The notes below the pieces were generated by a model. That model saw nothing but the letters and a program-made list of their open reading frames with translations. It searched no databases and was not told the DNA's origin. A DNA stretch of 64,000 nt from Candidatus Neptunichlamydia sp. Lineage in GTDB: Bacteria; Chlamydiota; Chlamydiia; Chlamydiales; Simkaniaceae. Shown in pieces: positions 1 through 11,020 of the stretch (within the stretch, counting starts at the first letter, position 1; every line of letters starts with the position of its first letter). The DNA is taken from positions 384,001 to 448,000 of the forward strand of contig OZ247587.1 of assembly GCA_965233865.1 (NCBI GenBank), in the 5' to 3' direction. The translations under genes were made by a program, and so were the position numbers.

Positions 1-135
1 AAAGTGCGTGAAGCTTTTCTCTCTCTAGCTAAGGATGAACCTGATCGGTTCCATGTCATCGACGCTTCAAAAGATATAGAGTCTGTTTATACCGCTGCTA
101 TTGGAGAGATTAACGGTTTACTATGTCTAAAATAG
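1..135 (+). CDS. tmk: Thymidylate kinase, 3' end (partial)
   Basis: Frame 1 reads KVREAFLSLAKDEPDRFHVIDASKDIESV..., the typical dTMP kinase C-terminus; lies directly upstream of holB, a conserved gene order. Confidence 0.8.
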   Translation, partial: KVREAFLSLAKDEPDRFHVIDASKDIESVYTAAIGEINGLLCLK

Positions 136-1013
136 AAGAACTTCCTGGAAATTCAAAAGTAAAAAAACATCTAAGCAAGCTAATTGAAAAGACGCCTCAT
201 GCTCTCCTTTTTGAAGGGCCTAAAGGAGTGGGAAAAAGAGAGTTTGCAAGAGAGTTTGCTCGGGAACTTCTTAAAACAACAAAAAAAGACCCTCCTGACC
301 TTCGCCTTCTTTATCCAGAGGGGAAAGCGCATCTTCATCCAATGCATTCCATTCGCCAGTTTATTGATGAAACCGCTCTACCCCCTTTTGAAGCCGATCG
401 AAAAGTCTTCATCATCTATGAAGCCGATCGCATGCTTCCATCAAGTAGTAATGCTCTCTTAAAGACACTAGAAGAGCCCCTTGGACCAGTCACTATTATT
501 CTTGTTTCTTCTCGCCCTGATGTCCTTCTTCCTACGATCACCTCAAGGTGTTTCCGTGTTCCCTTTTCTTTGCTATCAGAAGAAGAAATCATTGCAACCT
601 TGATTCCTGAAAAAAAACCTAGTGAAGCACGAAAAATTGCCCTCCTCTCTCATGGGAGTCTCCATAAAGCACAGACCCTTGCTTCAAAAGAAAAGGATTT
701 GCTTCCCGAGCAGATGTTTCATATAGGTTTCCGTCTCCTTCGCGGCGATCTCCCTAATGCAAAAGAACTTCCCGAAGGTGCTAATGCAGAAGAAGCCCTT
801 TCCTACCTCTTCTATTTTTACCGGGATCTTCATCTTCTCCAAAGCGGTGCGAGCTCTTCTCTTCTCTTCTATCAAGACAAAGCAGAAGTCCTCTCTCGTA
901 TTACTGTCTCATTACCCTCTCTAGAAATCATTCAGAATCGGATTGAGAAGGTCCTTCTTGCCACTGAGCTCCACCTTCCTCTTTCTCATGCTTTACCAAC
1001 ATTCATAAAATAG
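123..1013 (+). CDS. holB: DNA polymerase III subunit delta'
   Basis: HALLFEGPKGVGK, NALLKTLEEP and TITSRC clamp-loader motifs. Confidence 0.9.
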   Translation: MSKIEELPGNSKVKKHLSKLIEKTPHALLFEGPKGVGKREFAREFARELLKTTKKDPPDLRLLYPEGKAHLHPMHSIRQFIDETALPPFEADRKVFIIYEADRMLPSSSNALLKTLEEPLGPVTIILVSSRPDVLLPTITSRCFRVPFSLLSEEEIIATLIPEKKPSEARKIALLSHGSLHKAQTLASKEKDLLPEQMFHIGFRLLRGDLPNAKELPEGANAEEALSYLFYFYRDLHLLQSGASSSLLFYQDKAEVLSRITVSLPSLEIIQNRIEKVLLATELHLPLSHALPTFIK

Positions 1014-1295
1014 TTTGTTATATATTTTCGATTATTAAAAGGTTGGGTATTCTAGTTCTCTTTGCCTAATTCATTCTTTGTTTTCTAGTCTTCTTTCCAC
1101 TAGAGCCGTCACTTGATAGATCTGTCCTATTAAAGGAAACTATTGAAAAGCAAAATGCTACGGTAAAAGAAGAGTTCAGCCAAAAGCCTGTGATAGATAA
1201 CAACGCATTGAATATTCCAGAGAAAGAGCAAGCTTCGTTTTCGTCACAAGCGGCCGATAAAGCATAGCAAACAGCGTATTTTTCATCGTGTATAA

Positions 1296-1904
1296 TCAGT
1301 TTATAGCTGCAGGAAAGCCGACAACAGCTTCATAACAGAGCATAAGGTGATCAACGCCGTTCATAGCTTTGTGTGGCTCTGCCTCAGTAGAGAGGTCAAG
1401 AGCTTCAGCGATTTTGTTTTTAGAGATGCCTGTATCCCAGGGGGAGGGACCTTTTCTACTGAGACATTTCATCCAATACATCGAGGCTAAATCGAGCCAA
1501 TGATAGGGCCAGTTGAGCTCTTCTTGGACGTCTGCATCGATAAGCTGTGTAAAAAAAGCGCGGTCAAATGAAGGGTTCTGGCAGATAAACACTGCGTTGC
1601 CTCTTTTGATACCCCACCGTTTGAAGGAAATCTTTACTTCTTCAACAACCTCTTGGAGCGGCATTCCATCCTTTAGATCATTCCAGGTAAAGCCATTAAC
1701 TTTGAGACTCTCGGGATCACTTTTTTTCCACTCTTCAAAGAGAATATGGATGAGGGTTTCGAAAGCTTCAAGGGTTTCGCCACTCTCCACATCAACAATT
1801 TTGTAAGCAAGCTCGCAGATATGGTGTTTGTGGGCATTAAGACCGTTGGTTTCTGAGTCTAAAAATATACCGAGCACATCAATCTCCCAATCGCTAGCGA
1901 GCAA
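1296..1904 (-). CDS. DEDDh 3'-5' exonuclease (true start probably slightly downstream)
   Basis: FLDSETNGL, QNPSFDRAF and HKAMNGV exonuclease motifs. Confidence 0.85.
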   Translation of the reverse strand: MLASDWEIDVLGIFLDSETNGLNAHKHHICELAYKIVDVESGETLEAFETLIHILFEEWKKSDPESLKVNGFTWNDLKDGMPLQEVVEEVKISFKRWGIKRGNAVFICQNPSFDRAFFTQLIDADVQEELNWPYHWLDLASMYWMKCLSRKGPSPWDTGISKNKIAEALDLSTEAEPHKAMNGVDHLMLCYEAVVGFPAAIN

Positions 1905-2132
1905 TTATACAGTTGCTCAAATAAAATTCACACATTAATTGGAAGGAAAAAATTTGTAAATAGGTAAATATTGTTTCTTAATTACTGTAGGAAGCAAGAG
2001 TTGGTCACTGGTAGCTTCTCGGTAGGGCCAAATCTAAGAGAGTTTGAGGACTCTCTTTTATCCTCCATATAAACCCCTTTTCTTTCTTGACGAAAACCGC
2101 TTAAAAAGATTAAATTGGATCTTTTATCACCT

Positions 2133-2214
<82 letters not shown>

Positions 2215-2258
2215 ACTTTTTCAATACAAACCCAATTAAATAATTTCTGCAAATCAGC

Positions 2259-2690
2259 TCATTTTTTTTCATAGACAGGATAGACGTGAAACCCTTCTTC
2301 ATTCATGGAATAGATGAGCTTAGCAATAGGTTGCCACTCGGCGTGTTTGTCGATATGGAGGAGGATATGTGTTTTTTGATGTTTATTGAGCTCCTGCTTG
2401 ATTGTTTCGATGTCATCAAGAATGAAACTTTCTTTTGCATCAAGTAACTGATATTCCCCATTGGGAGAGATACTAAGGCTTACAGTCTGGTTGGCGTGAT
2501 GCTCAGAGGTTTTCGCGTTTCCAGTTGCTTCAACAAGGGAGAGGTGGGAGTCAAAAAGTGCTTTTCTTGAGATGGCAATTACAGCGAAGATCGCAATGAC
2601 GATAAAGAGAAAGTCGACCATTGGTGCGAAATTTATCGTGGGTTTTGGTGCAAGCTCATCATCGGGGATCATGAAAAAGGGTTCCTGCAA
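2259..2690 (-). CDS. exbD: ExbD/TolR biopolymer transport protein
   Basis: INFAPMVDFLFIVIAIF motif; follows an ExbB-like gene. Confidence 0.85.
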   Translation of the reverse strand: MQEPFFMIPDDELAPKPTINFAPMVDFLFIVIAIFAVIAISRKALFDSHLSLVEATGNAKTSEHHANQTVSLSISPNGEYQLLDAKESFILDDIETIKQELNKHQKTHILLHIDKHAEWQPIAKLIYSMNEEGFHVYPVYEKK

Positions 2691-3285
2691 ATTGCATCGC
2701 TTTGTTTTCGACGGATGTCATGGAGCGGATGAGTCGAAATTTTAGGAAGGTATAAAGCAGCATTGCAAGAATGGCTACGATGAGCCCTGCAACGGTGGTT
2801 CCTACAGAAATGCCTAGACCATCAAAAAGCGTGGAAAGAGATTCCATAGAGCGGTTGAGGTCATAGAAGGCGTAGAACATTCCGGTGACTGTTCCCAAAA
2901 GACCAAGCATCGGAGCAAGGACGGCAATGTCGTTAAGAAGAGTGATTTTTTGCCAGAAGGGAGCAGATCCTCGTTTTCCCGCGGTTTTCATGGCATCAAG
3001 AATTCCTTGATTCCCTAAAGGGCGGGAGATGATTCCTGCTGCGACCATTTTAGAAAAGAGGGAAGGGTTTTCATCGCATAGAGCTAGGGCTTTTTCATAA
3101 TTTTGCGATTGAAGCATCTGCCCGATGGCTCCTTGAGTATTTTTCGGTAATATTTTTGAAGAGCGCGCTGTCAAAAGGATATAGAGGGCGATCATTACAG
3201 TGCATATAGAAAGAAGAGCGAGGGTCGTATAGATCCATGGAGCCGCTGAGAAAACCTGGGTTAGATCAATATTTATAGATTCCAT
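2659..3285 (-). CDS. exbB: ExbB/TolQ/MotA proton channel protein
   Basis: APMLGLLGTVTGM and TTVAGLIVAI motifs. Confidence 0.88.
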   Translation of the reverse strand: MESINIDLTQVFSAAPWIYTTLALLSICTVMIALYILLTARSSKILPKNTQGAIGQMLQSQNYEKALALCDENPSLFSKMVAAGIISRPLGNQGILDAMKTAGKRGSAPFWQKITLLNDIAVLAPMLGLLGTVTGMFYAFYDLNRSMESLSTLFDGLGISVGTTVAGLIVAILAMLLYTFLKFRLIRSMTSVENKAMQFAGTLFHDPR

Positions 3286-3342
3286 AGTAACTCAATTTTT
3301 TCCTGCATTCTAGCATATCCCATACTTTTTGGAAGCAATTTA

Positions 3343-4014
3343 TTGAAGAGAATGCTAAAATTACTCCCTATGAAACCGAAAGATTTACCTTATCCTTATG
3401 CCTGGAAAGAGCGCCGTCCTCTGCTTAAAGATAAGATTTTCTATGTCCCTAAATATTACCAGAAACACCAAAAAGAGTTATTTCCTAGTTTTTCTGAATA
3501 CTTTGGGAACGACAATTCTGTACACTTGGAGTATTGTAGTGGAAATGGAGAGTGGGTTATCCAGCGTGCTCAGGAAAATCCTGATAAGAACTGGGTAGCT
3601 GTCGAGATGTGGTTTGAAAGAGTAAGAAAAATCTACTCAAAAATAGTGAATTTTAGAATCAAAAATCTTTTGATTATTTCAGGAGAGGGGTTGACATTTT
3701 CTCAAGAATATCTGCCAGATCATTGTTTAGATGCAGTTTGTGTCAACTTTCCCGATCCTTGGCCAAAGAGTCGTCATGCCAAGCATCGAATCATTCAGCG
3801 CCCCTTTGTAGAAGAACTAAAGAGAACAGTAATCCATGAGGGGACTGTGACGCTTGTGACGGACAATAGCCCCTATAAAGATCAGATGGAACAAGAAATG
3901 CAGGAGTGGCCTAAGATTTCTGCTTCTCATGAAAACTATGGCTCTTCTTTTTTTGAGCGTCTTTGGCTCTCCAAGGGCCTAGAAATCCACCACATGTGTT
4001 ATGAGAACTGTTGA
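3343..4014 (+). CDS. trmB: tRNA (guanine-N7)-methyltransferase (start probably 3370)
   Basis: LEYCSGNGEW and NFPDPWPKSRHAKHR motifs. Confidence 0.93.
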   Translation: MKRMLKLLPMKPKDLPYPYAWKERRPLLKDKIFYVPKYYQKHQKELFPSFSEYFGNDNSVHLEYCSGNGEWVIQRAQENPDKNWVAVEMWFERVRKIYSKIVNFRIKNLLIISGEGLTFSQEYLPDHCLDAVCVNFPDPWPKSRHAKHRIIQRPFVEELKRTVIHEGTVTLVTDNSPYKDQMEQEMQEWPKISASHENYGSSFFERLWLSKGLEIHHMCYENC

Positions 4015-4717
4015 CCATCGAGGGTTTTCATCCCTCCCTTCTTCCATTACTTTGATTGAACTTGATGCTTCGCTTTCTTCAGATTTGAAATGGGAAGTAG
4101 CCTCAGATGAGCCTCATCTTTTGTGGGAACTCGATTTCCAACTTGAGCAGATGAACCTGGCCCATCTTTCCTCTCATCAGCTAGCGGTGAAATGTTTTGC
4201 TGAATCAATTTGGGAGCTACACCAGGAATCGACTCTTGGAGTTATTCTCTATAAGGGTAAGGTTCCGGCTACTCCGCTCAATGAGTTTGCAGAATACTTG
4301 CACCATCTAGCTGCTTATCTTCCAGATGAAGTACCTCCTTTCGCTCTTTTCGATTGCATTGGCGATCCTCTCAAGTTTTCAAAGGAAATTTTCCCACATA
4401 TTCACTTAGGTTTTCGTTCAGGACCAATCGGCGCAATTAAATGGGAGGAAACTCTTATACCCCTGCGTTATAATGAATCATTGGGAGTTGTCCTTCCATT
4501 AAGGGAGAAGGGGCTTCGATTTGATGTAGTGGATAGATGCTTAGAGAAGCTCGATAGACCCTGCCGCTTGATTGCAGAACCTTATATTGCAGAAGAGTGG
4601 GATGAGCTTGATGAACTTCTGATCTTTCCTGATCATATTTCTTCATGGGGAATGCGCATGGTCCAAGGATTTGAAGCTGCTGGTGGTAAAATAACTCGTT
4701 ATAAAGAATCGGGGTAG
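4001..4717 (+). CDS. Conserved chlamydial hypothetical protein
   Basis: 238-aa ORF overlapping the trmB stop; no motif recognised. Confidence 0.6.
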   Translation: MRTVDHRGFSSLPSSITLIELDASLSSDLKWEVASDEPHLLWELDFQLEQMNLAHLSSHQLAVKCFAESIWELHQESTLGVILYKGKVPATPLNEFAEYLHHLAAYLPDEVPPFALFDCIGDPLKFSKEIFPHIHLGFRSGPIGAIKWEETLIPLRYNESLGVVLPLREKGLRFDVVDRCLEKLDRPCRLIAEPYIAEEWDELDELLIFPDHISSWGMRMVQGFEAAGGKITRYKESG

Positions 4718-4783
4718 AGGGATTCGAACCCCCGGCCTTCTGCTCCCAAAGCAGACGCGCTAGCCAAGCTGCGCTATACCCCG
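4709..4783 (-). tRNA. tRNA-Pro (anticodon TGG)
   Basis: Reverse complement CGGGGTATAGCGCAGCTTGG...TCTGC-TTTGGGA-GCAGA...GGTTCGAATCC...CCCCGA. Confidence 0.95.
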
Positions 4784-4864
4784 AACGGGAAAGTTACAAA
4801 TGGTAGCAATTAGGGGGATAATCAGCAACATTTTTTGATGAAAAATTTAGAAAGATCTACTAAC

Positions 4865-5690
4865 TTTCTACCCATAAGCCAAACATCTGATCTGAACCGC
4901 AGCCAAGAAAGAGGATGCGTGCTTAGCATAGTGTGTAGCAATTCCTCTCCATCGCTTCAAATGTAAAAAAGCATTTTCTACAAGATGTCTCAATTTATAG
5001 AGATGCTTATCATAAGCTCTCTTGCTTTTCCTATTTTTTCTGAGAGGGATAACCGCCTTCATTCCTTGAGAGATCGCTTGAGTTACGATTGCATCGCTGT
5101 TATAACCCCGATCTGCTAGTAGGTAATCGGCGTTAATTCCCTCTATTAGGTGTTTGGCCTGAAGGTAGTCTGATTGAGTACCTGACGTAATAATCGCTCT
5201 GATCGGCATACCATGCGAATCCACGGCCAAATGTAATTTCGTATTGAGCCCCCTTTTGTCCGAGCCATATCTTGATTACCACCTTGTGCACCTGCTGCGT
5301 GAGGGTGAACTTTGATATGGGTTGCATCGATCATTAACCACTCGTAATCAGGATCGTCCACTACTTTTTCCAGAAGAAGTTCCCAGACACCTTTATTCCT
5401 CCAACGGATAAAACGACGATGCACATTTCCCCAGTTCCCATAGTCTGGAGGTAAGTCACGCCATGGAGCTCCGGTACGAATAATCCAAAAAACCGCGTTG
5501 ATAAATCGCCGATTATCTTGTGCTACCCCTCCCCACACCCCTCTTCTTTCTGGAAGATAAGGCTCAAGTTTTTTCCAAATTCGACCTGACATATCGTGAC
5601 GTCTGTGCGCTGGTACGGTCATCTCTAAACCTCTCCTTGAAAGTTTAAGAAACCAGCTTAGCGCAAATTTAAACTTGTGTCTACACTATC
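4865..5690 (-). mobile_element. IS5-family element type 1 (two-ORF, -1 frameshift), copy 1; lacks its right terminal IR
   Basis: orfA 5146-5622 (RTGAPWRDLP, IDAT) and orfB 4868-5230 (ADRGY, RHLVENAF); left IR CTACACTATC at 5681-5690; near-identical to 47638-48482 and 60490-61355. Confidence 0.92.
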
Positions 5691-5975
5691 TAGCGAAAAT
5701 TTTAAATGGGGAAATCTACTTATGGAATCGGTTAGCAGAGAGGCTGAAGCTATAGGATACCACTCTGAGACTTCAAAAGACGATGTAGCTGAACAATTAA
5801 AATCACTTGGCGCTCAAGCTTTGCTCTAAAGAGGATTGAAGAGGCCCGCCTCGAGCATCCGAAGGAAACCGATCATGCAAAGAAATATCTGTGTTAATAG
5901 GATAAAGCTACTTGCTGTTTATTTACTAAATAGGGCAATATCTCCCCCCTGTAATATGGTTAATATGGAGAAAGA

Positions 5976-7043
5976 ATGTCTGTAGAATCTGCAAATGGAG
6001 AAGGAGTTGATAATATCCCTTTGTTTGACGGGGAAATTGAGGTTAAGGATAAGGTCAGTGAAAAAATCACAGATTTTGCTATGCAGGTTATTCATTTAAA
6101 TTCATACCTTAGGCAGTCTCTAGAGCTTAATTTTGCTCCATTGCATTCTGGAGAATATGGACAGACCAGTTCTTTGATTCAAGAGGTTGTTGGTCGCATA
6201 GTCCGTTTTGTTATCTGTTTTCCGTCATGGATGGGAACATTGCCCTTCGTATCAGTAGCAGCAGCAATAACGGCTGTTGGTAATTTTTTTCACAACTCCC
6301 CATACAGAACTACTCATGGAACCTTCAGTGGAGAGATTAATAAAAGCCCTAAACTGTGTCTCTTGAATCCTAGAATGTTAACTGGGATCAGTCCTCAGAG
6401 AAATGCAGGAATTTCCGTTAGAAGTGACCGCTTCGATTGCCTTGTTTCAACGATTAGAGACAACAATCCCGATGTGGTTTTTTTTCCAGAAGTCAATCGC
6501 TTTAATGCTCCTAGTCTTGCAGCAAGTCTCAAAGAGGGATACCATTTTTTCTTCACAGGGATGGGTGAAAAAATACTGGGAGAAGACACCTCTTTCTTTA
6601 TTGCTTTCCGTGGAGCTCTATTGAAGTCTCCAGAATATGTTCCTTTCAGAAAACAGGATTGGTTGATGGAAAGGGGATATTTTATTATGGAAACTGAAGA
6701 AAGAATTTACGTCTGCACTTACAAGCCAACCCGCGAAGATTGGAACGAAATTTTCTCTCGTGAATTTGGGGATAAAAAGCAGGTTGTGTTGATGGGAGAA
6801 ATGGAGTCTGAAGACGGAGAAATCCTGCTCCAAAAGGGTTTTGTCTCTGGAATTTCTAAAGATGCTCAAACAACAACTTCTGTTCCTTATATGCACTATC
6901 ATAGCGTTGAAGAGGGGGAAAGCACTTCAATACCGCTTCTCTATTTTAGCAAAATGGAGGGAAAAACGGATGTGATTTCCATGCATGGACCTGAAAATGT
7001 TGCAGAGGCGCTATCAGATCACGCTCTAATCTTGCATAGATAA
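5976..7043 (+). CDS. Endonuclease/exonuclease/phosphatase (sphingomyelinase-like) family protein with N-terminal hydrophobic segment, degenerate active site
   Basis: NPDVVFFPEV and C-terminal LSDHALI motifs; the GD.N motif is replaced by GEME. Confidence 0.6.
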   Translation: MSVESANGEGVDNIPLFDGEIEVKDKVSEKITDFAMQVIHLNSYLRQSLELNFAPLHSGEYGQTSSLIQEVVGRIVRFVICFPSWMGTLPFVSVAAAITAVGNFFHNSPYRTTHGTFSGEINKSPKLCLLNPRMLTGISPQRNAGISVRSDRFDCLVSTIRDNNPDVVFFPEVNRFNAPSLAASLKEGYHFFFTGMGEKILGEDTSFFIAFRGALLKSPEYVPFRKQDWLMERGYFIMETEERIYVCTYKPTREDWNEIFSREFGDKKQVVLMGEMESEDGEILLQKGFVSGISKDAQTTTSVPYMHYHSVEEGESTSIPLLYFSKMEGKTDVISMHGPENVAEALSDHALILHR

Positions 7044-7094
7044 TCCCATTTGGTATATCTATAAATTATTTACATGTATTAATTTGGAACAAAG

Positions 7095-8681
7095 ATGTCA
7101 GCATTCAATGAATATCATTCTGTCGAAACCTTACGCAAAATTGCCGAAAAACCCGTAGATCTTTCGAAAGGAGGATACCTCTGTCCTAAGCGGATGGAGG
7201 AGATGATGGTGGAATGCCTCAATCTCAAGCTTTTCTATGGAACGGAAAGGGTTAATGAAAAAACAATGGAGACTCTTTTTGAGCTAGCAAATGAAGCTGG
7301 TGTGCATGAGAAAATGCTTTCTATGCAAAATGGGGAAGTGATCAATAAGATCGAAGGATTTGAGAGTGAAAACCGCATGGTTCTCCATACTGCAATGCGC
7401 GATTTTTTTGATCGTCAAGCTGAAGGGGAGCAGGCGCGTCAAGCTGCAGCTCTTGCTTACGCCGAAATGGAGAAGTTGAAGAGCTTCCTTGACGGAATCG
7501 AAAAAGAAGACTATACCGATATGATTCAAGTAGGGATTGGGGGATCTGAGCTTGGGCCGAAAGCTATTTATCTCGCTTTAGAAGCCTTTAACAAACCTGA
7601 AAAGAGAGTTCACTTTATCTCGAATGTTGATCCTGATGATGTGGCAAATGTAATTCGCAGAGTGAACTTAAGCAAAACTCTTGTGGTGATCGTTTCTAAG
7701 TCAGGAACAACTCTTGAAACCCTAACAAATGAAGAGCTCATCCGAAAGAAATTTCAAGAGGAAGGACTTTCCCCAAAGAACCACTTTCTTGCCGTTACAG
7801 GAAAGGGAAGTCCTATGGATAATCCAGAAATATACCGCAAATCGTTTTATATTTGGGATTATGTCGGGGGGCGGTATTCCGCAACCTCGATGGTGGGGTG
7901 TGTAATGCTGGCCTTTGCTCTAGGAATGGAAAAACTCTTAGATTTTCTTCGTGGGGCTAATTCTATGGATAAAATAGCATTGGAGCAGGACCCAAAAAAG
8001 AATCTTCCCCTTCTTTCAGCGCTCTTGGGGATTTGGAACCATAACTTTTTGGGTCACCCCACCACAGCAATTATTCCCTACTCTCAGGCGATGTCTCGCT
8101 TCCCAGCTCATTTGCAACAGTGTGATATGGAATCCAATGGAAAGCGTATCGATAAACAGGGGAGACCAGTTGATTTTTGGACAGGGCCGATTATCTGGGG
8201 AGAGCCTGGCACCAATGGACAACATTCTTTTTATCAACTCATTCATCAGGGGACTATTGTCGTTCCTGTAGAGTTTATTGGTTTTGCAGAAAGCCAGTTT
8301 GGAGAAAACCTTTCTTTTAAAGGAACTACCTCTCAGGAGAAGCTTCTCTCAAACCTTTTTGCTCAGTCGATTGGTCTTGCAACTGGGCAAAAGAGTGACA
8401 ACCCCAATAAGGGATTCCCTGGAAACCGTCCTAACCGTGTCCTGATAGCTAAAAAATGTGATCCCTTTACTATGGGAGCTATTCTTTCCTATTTTGAGAA
8501 CAAAGTGGCTTTTCAGGGCTTTATTTGGGATATCAATTCCTTTGACCAAGAAGGAGTGCAGCTTGGGAAAGTCTTGGCAAATAAAATTATCGAACAATTT
8601 TCTAAGAAAAATAAAGAAGAGGAGTATGAAAAAGATTTCCCTCTTGGGGCTGTATACATTGACCACCTTAAGGGGCTCTAG
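7095..8681 (+). CDS. pgi: Glucose-6-phosphate isomerase
   Basis: GIGGSELGP, SKSGTTLET, MESNGK and FDQEGVQLGK motifs. Confidence 0.97.
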   Translation: MSAFNEYHSVETLRKIAEKPVDLSKGGYLCPKRMEEMMVECLNLKLFYGTERVNEKTMETLFELANEAGVHEKMLSMQNGEVINKIEGFESENRMVLHTAMRDFFDRQAEGEQARQAAALAYAEMEKLKSFLDGIEKEDYTDMIQVGIGGSELGPKAIYLALEAFNKPEKRVHFISNVDPDDVANVIRRVNLSKTLVVIVSKSGTTLETLTNEELIRKKFQEEGLSPKNHFLAVTGKGSPMDNPEIYRKSFYIWDYVGGRYSATSMVGCVMLAFALGMEKLLDFLRGANSMDKIALEQDPKKNLPLLSALLGIWNHNFLGHPTTAIIPYSQAMSRFPAHLQQCDMESNGKRIDKQGRPVDFWTGPIIWGEPGTNGQHSFYQLIHQGTIVVPVEFIGFAESQFGENLSFKGTTSQEKLLSNLFAQSIGLATGQKSDNPNKGFPGNRPNRVLIAKKCDPFTMGAILSYFENKVAFQGFIWDINSFDQEGVQLGKVLANKIIEQFSKKNKEEEYEKDFPLGAVYIDHLKGL

Positions 8682-9964
8682 TGCATAAGAAATCGATTGT
8701 TGCTTGGTGGACATGGAGTCTTGCTGTTCTCTTTTTATTTTATGAGTTTTTTGTCAGGGTCTATCCCTCTATCATGGTGAAAGAGCTAATGGGATCTTTC
8801 AAGGCAACAGCAGGGCAGCTTGGAACTTTGAGCGCCTTTTTCTTCTATGCTTATGCCCCAATGCAAATCCCTGTTGGGATTCTGATGGACCGCTATGGAG
8901 CGCGGAAGCTTCTTACTTTTGCAGCTCTTTTTTGCGGGGTTGGTAGTTTTTTATTTGGGATGGCTCAGACATTAGCTCCTGCAGAATTTGGTCGGTTCTT
9001 TATGGGAATTGGCTCCTCATTTGCTTTTGTAGGGATGATTTACGTTTGCTCTCATTGGTTTCCTGCAAAAAAATTGGCTCTTCTTGTAGGAGTGGGGAAT
9101 TCAATCGGAATGCTTGGTGCTGTTGGTGCTGAGGGTCCCCTAAGTTTTGCTGTCGAAAATTTTGGTTGGCGTATGACTGTCAATGTTTTTGGGTTTATCG
9201 GTCTTTTTCTTGCTGTAATTCTTTACGTGTTTATTCGAAAAGAGCCAGAAAAAAAGAAAATTGAGACGAAAAAAGCCTCAAGCGATCTTCTGCATAATTT
9301 AAAAACTGTCGCTTCTAATCCTCGAACATGGCTCAATGCAGCCATTGCTCTTCTTTTTTATATGACAACAGCTGCATTTGCCTCTCTTTGGGGTATTCCT
9401 TTCCTTATTGAAAGTTATGGAATTTCAAAAGATGTTGCAGGGTTTGCTGTTTCGATGATTTTTGTAGGTTGGATCATTGGAGGACCGATCATCGGCTTTA
9501 TTTCAGATCATTTCAGTAGACGAAAGCCTTTCCTTTATGCGGGCACCCTTCTTTGTTTAGCCTGTATTCTTCCTGTTATTTATATGGAGAACCTTCCCCT
9601 TTCACTCATCTTTATTCTTCTATTTCTTGTGGGATTCTTTCAAGCTGCTCAACTACTCAATTTCTCTTTGGGAATCGAGCTAAATCCTATTGAGGCAAAG
9701 GGGACTAGTATTGCAATTACCAATTTCTCTGTTGCAGCCGGAACTTCTCTCATGCAGCCTTTATTAGGAGTGCTTCTTGACCTTCGATGGTCTAGAGCAA
9801 TGAAAGACGGAATTCCAATCTACTCTCTAGAAGATTATCACTATGCAATGCTTAGTTTCCCGATCACCATTCTCCTCGCTTTCTTCCTTCTTTTTTTCCT
9901 TAAAGAGAAAAAACATGAACCCGATAAAATCTTCTGGAACAAAATTATAGGGATAGGTTCATAA
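8681..9964 (+). CDS. MFS transporter
   Basis: About 12 TM segments; GILMDRYGARK and GFISDHFSRRK MFS loop motifs. Confidence 0.92.
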   Translation: MHKKSIVAWWTWSLAVLFLFYEFFVRVYPSIMVKELMGSFKATAGQLGTLSAFFFYAYAPMQIPVGILMDRYGARKLLTFAALFCGVGSFLFGMAQTLAPAEFGRFFMGIGSSFAFVGMIYVCSHWFPAKKLALLVGVGNSIGMLGAVGAEGPLSFAVENFGWRMTVNVFGFIGLFLAVILYVFIRKEPEKKKIETKKASSDLLHNLKTVASNPRTWLNAAIALLFYMTTAAFASLWGIPFLIESYGISKDVAGFAVSMIFVGWIIGGPIIGFISDHFSRRKPFLYAGTLLCLACILPVIYMENLPLSLIFILLFLVGFFQAAQLLNFSLGIELNPIEAKGTSIAITNFSVAAGTSLMQPLLGVLLDLRWSRAMKDGIPIYSLEDYHYAMLSFPITILLAFFLLFFLKEKKHEPDKIFWNKIIGIGS

Positions 9965-10125
9965 TCCTTCAGATGGTATATTTTTTCTCAAAAACTAAAA
10001 AATCCCCCTTTTTGTAAATTGTTTTTTAGAAAAACTAGTAATTCAAAAGGAGGCTAATTGTTATAACCGATATCATAAAATTACATTTTCAATATAAATA
10101 ATTTCTAGTTTTGTACCGGAATCTA

Positions 10126-10812
10126 CTAAAACCATTGATCTTTAACGTTGTTAATAAGGGTTGATGGAACACAAGTAGTTCCTTTATCGTGTGGGAGGAC
10201 TTCAAGATCTGATAACATTTTCCCTACAATTGTTGTGCAATTCATAACTTGTGCAGGGGTTAATCTTGAAGTCTTTGAATAATTAGAGCTGGTCTTATTT
10301 ATGGCATAGTGAGTTACCTGGCTAATTTTCGGAAGCATTCCGTATAAAATTTCCCCTTTGTCTACTTTTTCATGGTGTTCATCGATAAACTTAAAAGCTC
10401 TTTCTGCCTGATCTTGTGTAATACTTAGTTCTATGGTATCTGTAGGTGGAATTTCTTCTCTTTTAATGTCTTCTTCTAAACTTTTCATCGCTTCCCCCGC
10501 ACATGGGAAAAAAGTAGAGAAGGGAGTCCCTCCAGCTATAGTCCCTGGCCACAAGGAGAGGTGGCTAACTGTTTCTTCACCCTGTTTAAGCGCTACAGCT
10601 ACATGCCCACATCGAGAGGTTTCATGGTCGGTTTTCCATCCATAGAATTCTATAGAATGCTTGCTATTTTCATCAAATTCTTTTTTGGAAACAGAATGTA
10701 CATCTTTTGCATTTTGGAGACAGGGTTCGATTTGATTCTGAGCAAAAAGGACAATTCCAACCAGCCCGGTACCAACCCTGAAAGCTCTTGATAATATTGT
10801 ATTAACAGTCAT
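10126..10812 (-). CDS. Hypothetical protein, putative permuted papain-like (PPPDE/NlpC-type) His-Cys hydrolase
   Basis: CGHVAVAL...SHLSLWP...MNCTT; paralog of 11021-11623. Confidence 0.5.
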   Translation of the reverse strand: MTVNTILSRAFRVGTGLVGIVLFAQNQIEPCLQNAKDVHSVSKKEFDENSKHSIEFYGWKTDHETSRCGHVAVALKQGEETVSHLSLWPGTIAGGTPFSTFFPCAGEAMKSLEEDIKREEIPPTDTIELSITQDQAERAFKFIDEHHEKVDKGEILYGMLPKISQVTHYAINKTSSNYSKTSRLTPAQVMNCTTIVGKMLSDLEVLPHDKGTTCVPSTLINNVKDQWF

Positions 10813-11020
10813 AATAAATACCTCTTTTTAGTTTTAATAATTAATGTAATTAATGTAATTAATATAATAACATTATTAATTATTTAATTAAAACTACAAT
10901 TATGTTTTATTTATTATCTCATTGATTATTAGTGTTAAGTGAGCTTTCCATAGAAAGCTCTTACGCTAAAGTTACTAAAAATGGTAAACTCTAAGAGAGT
11001 TTTAAATATTTTGTGTGGGT

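Noticed and set aside
5700..5829. Short frame ending DVAEQLKSLGA, possibly an ankyrin-like remnant next to IS5
   Set aside because: Too short and degenerate to support a call
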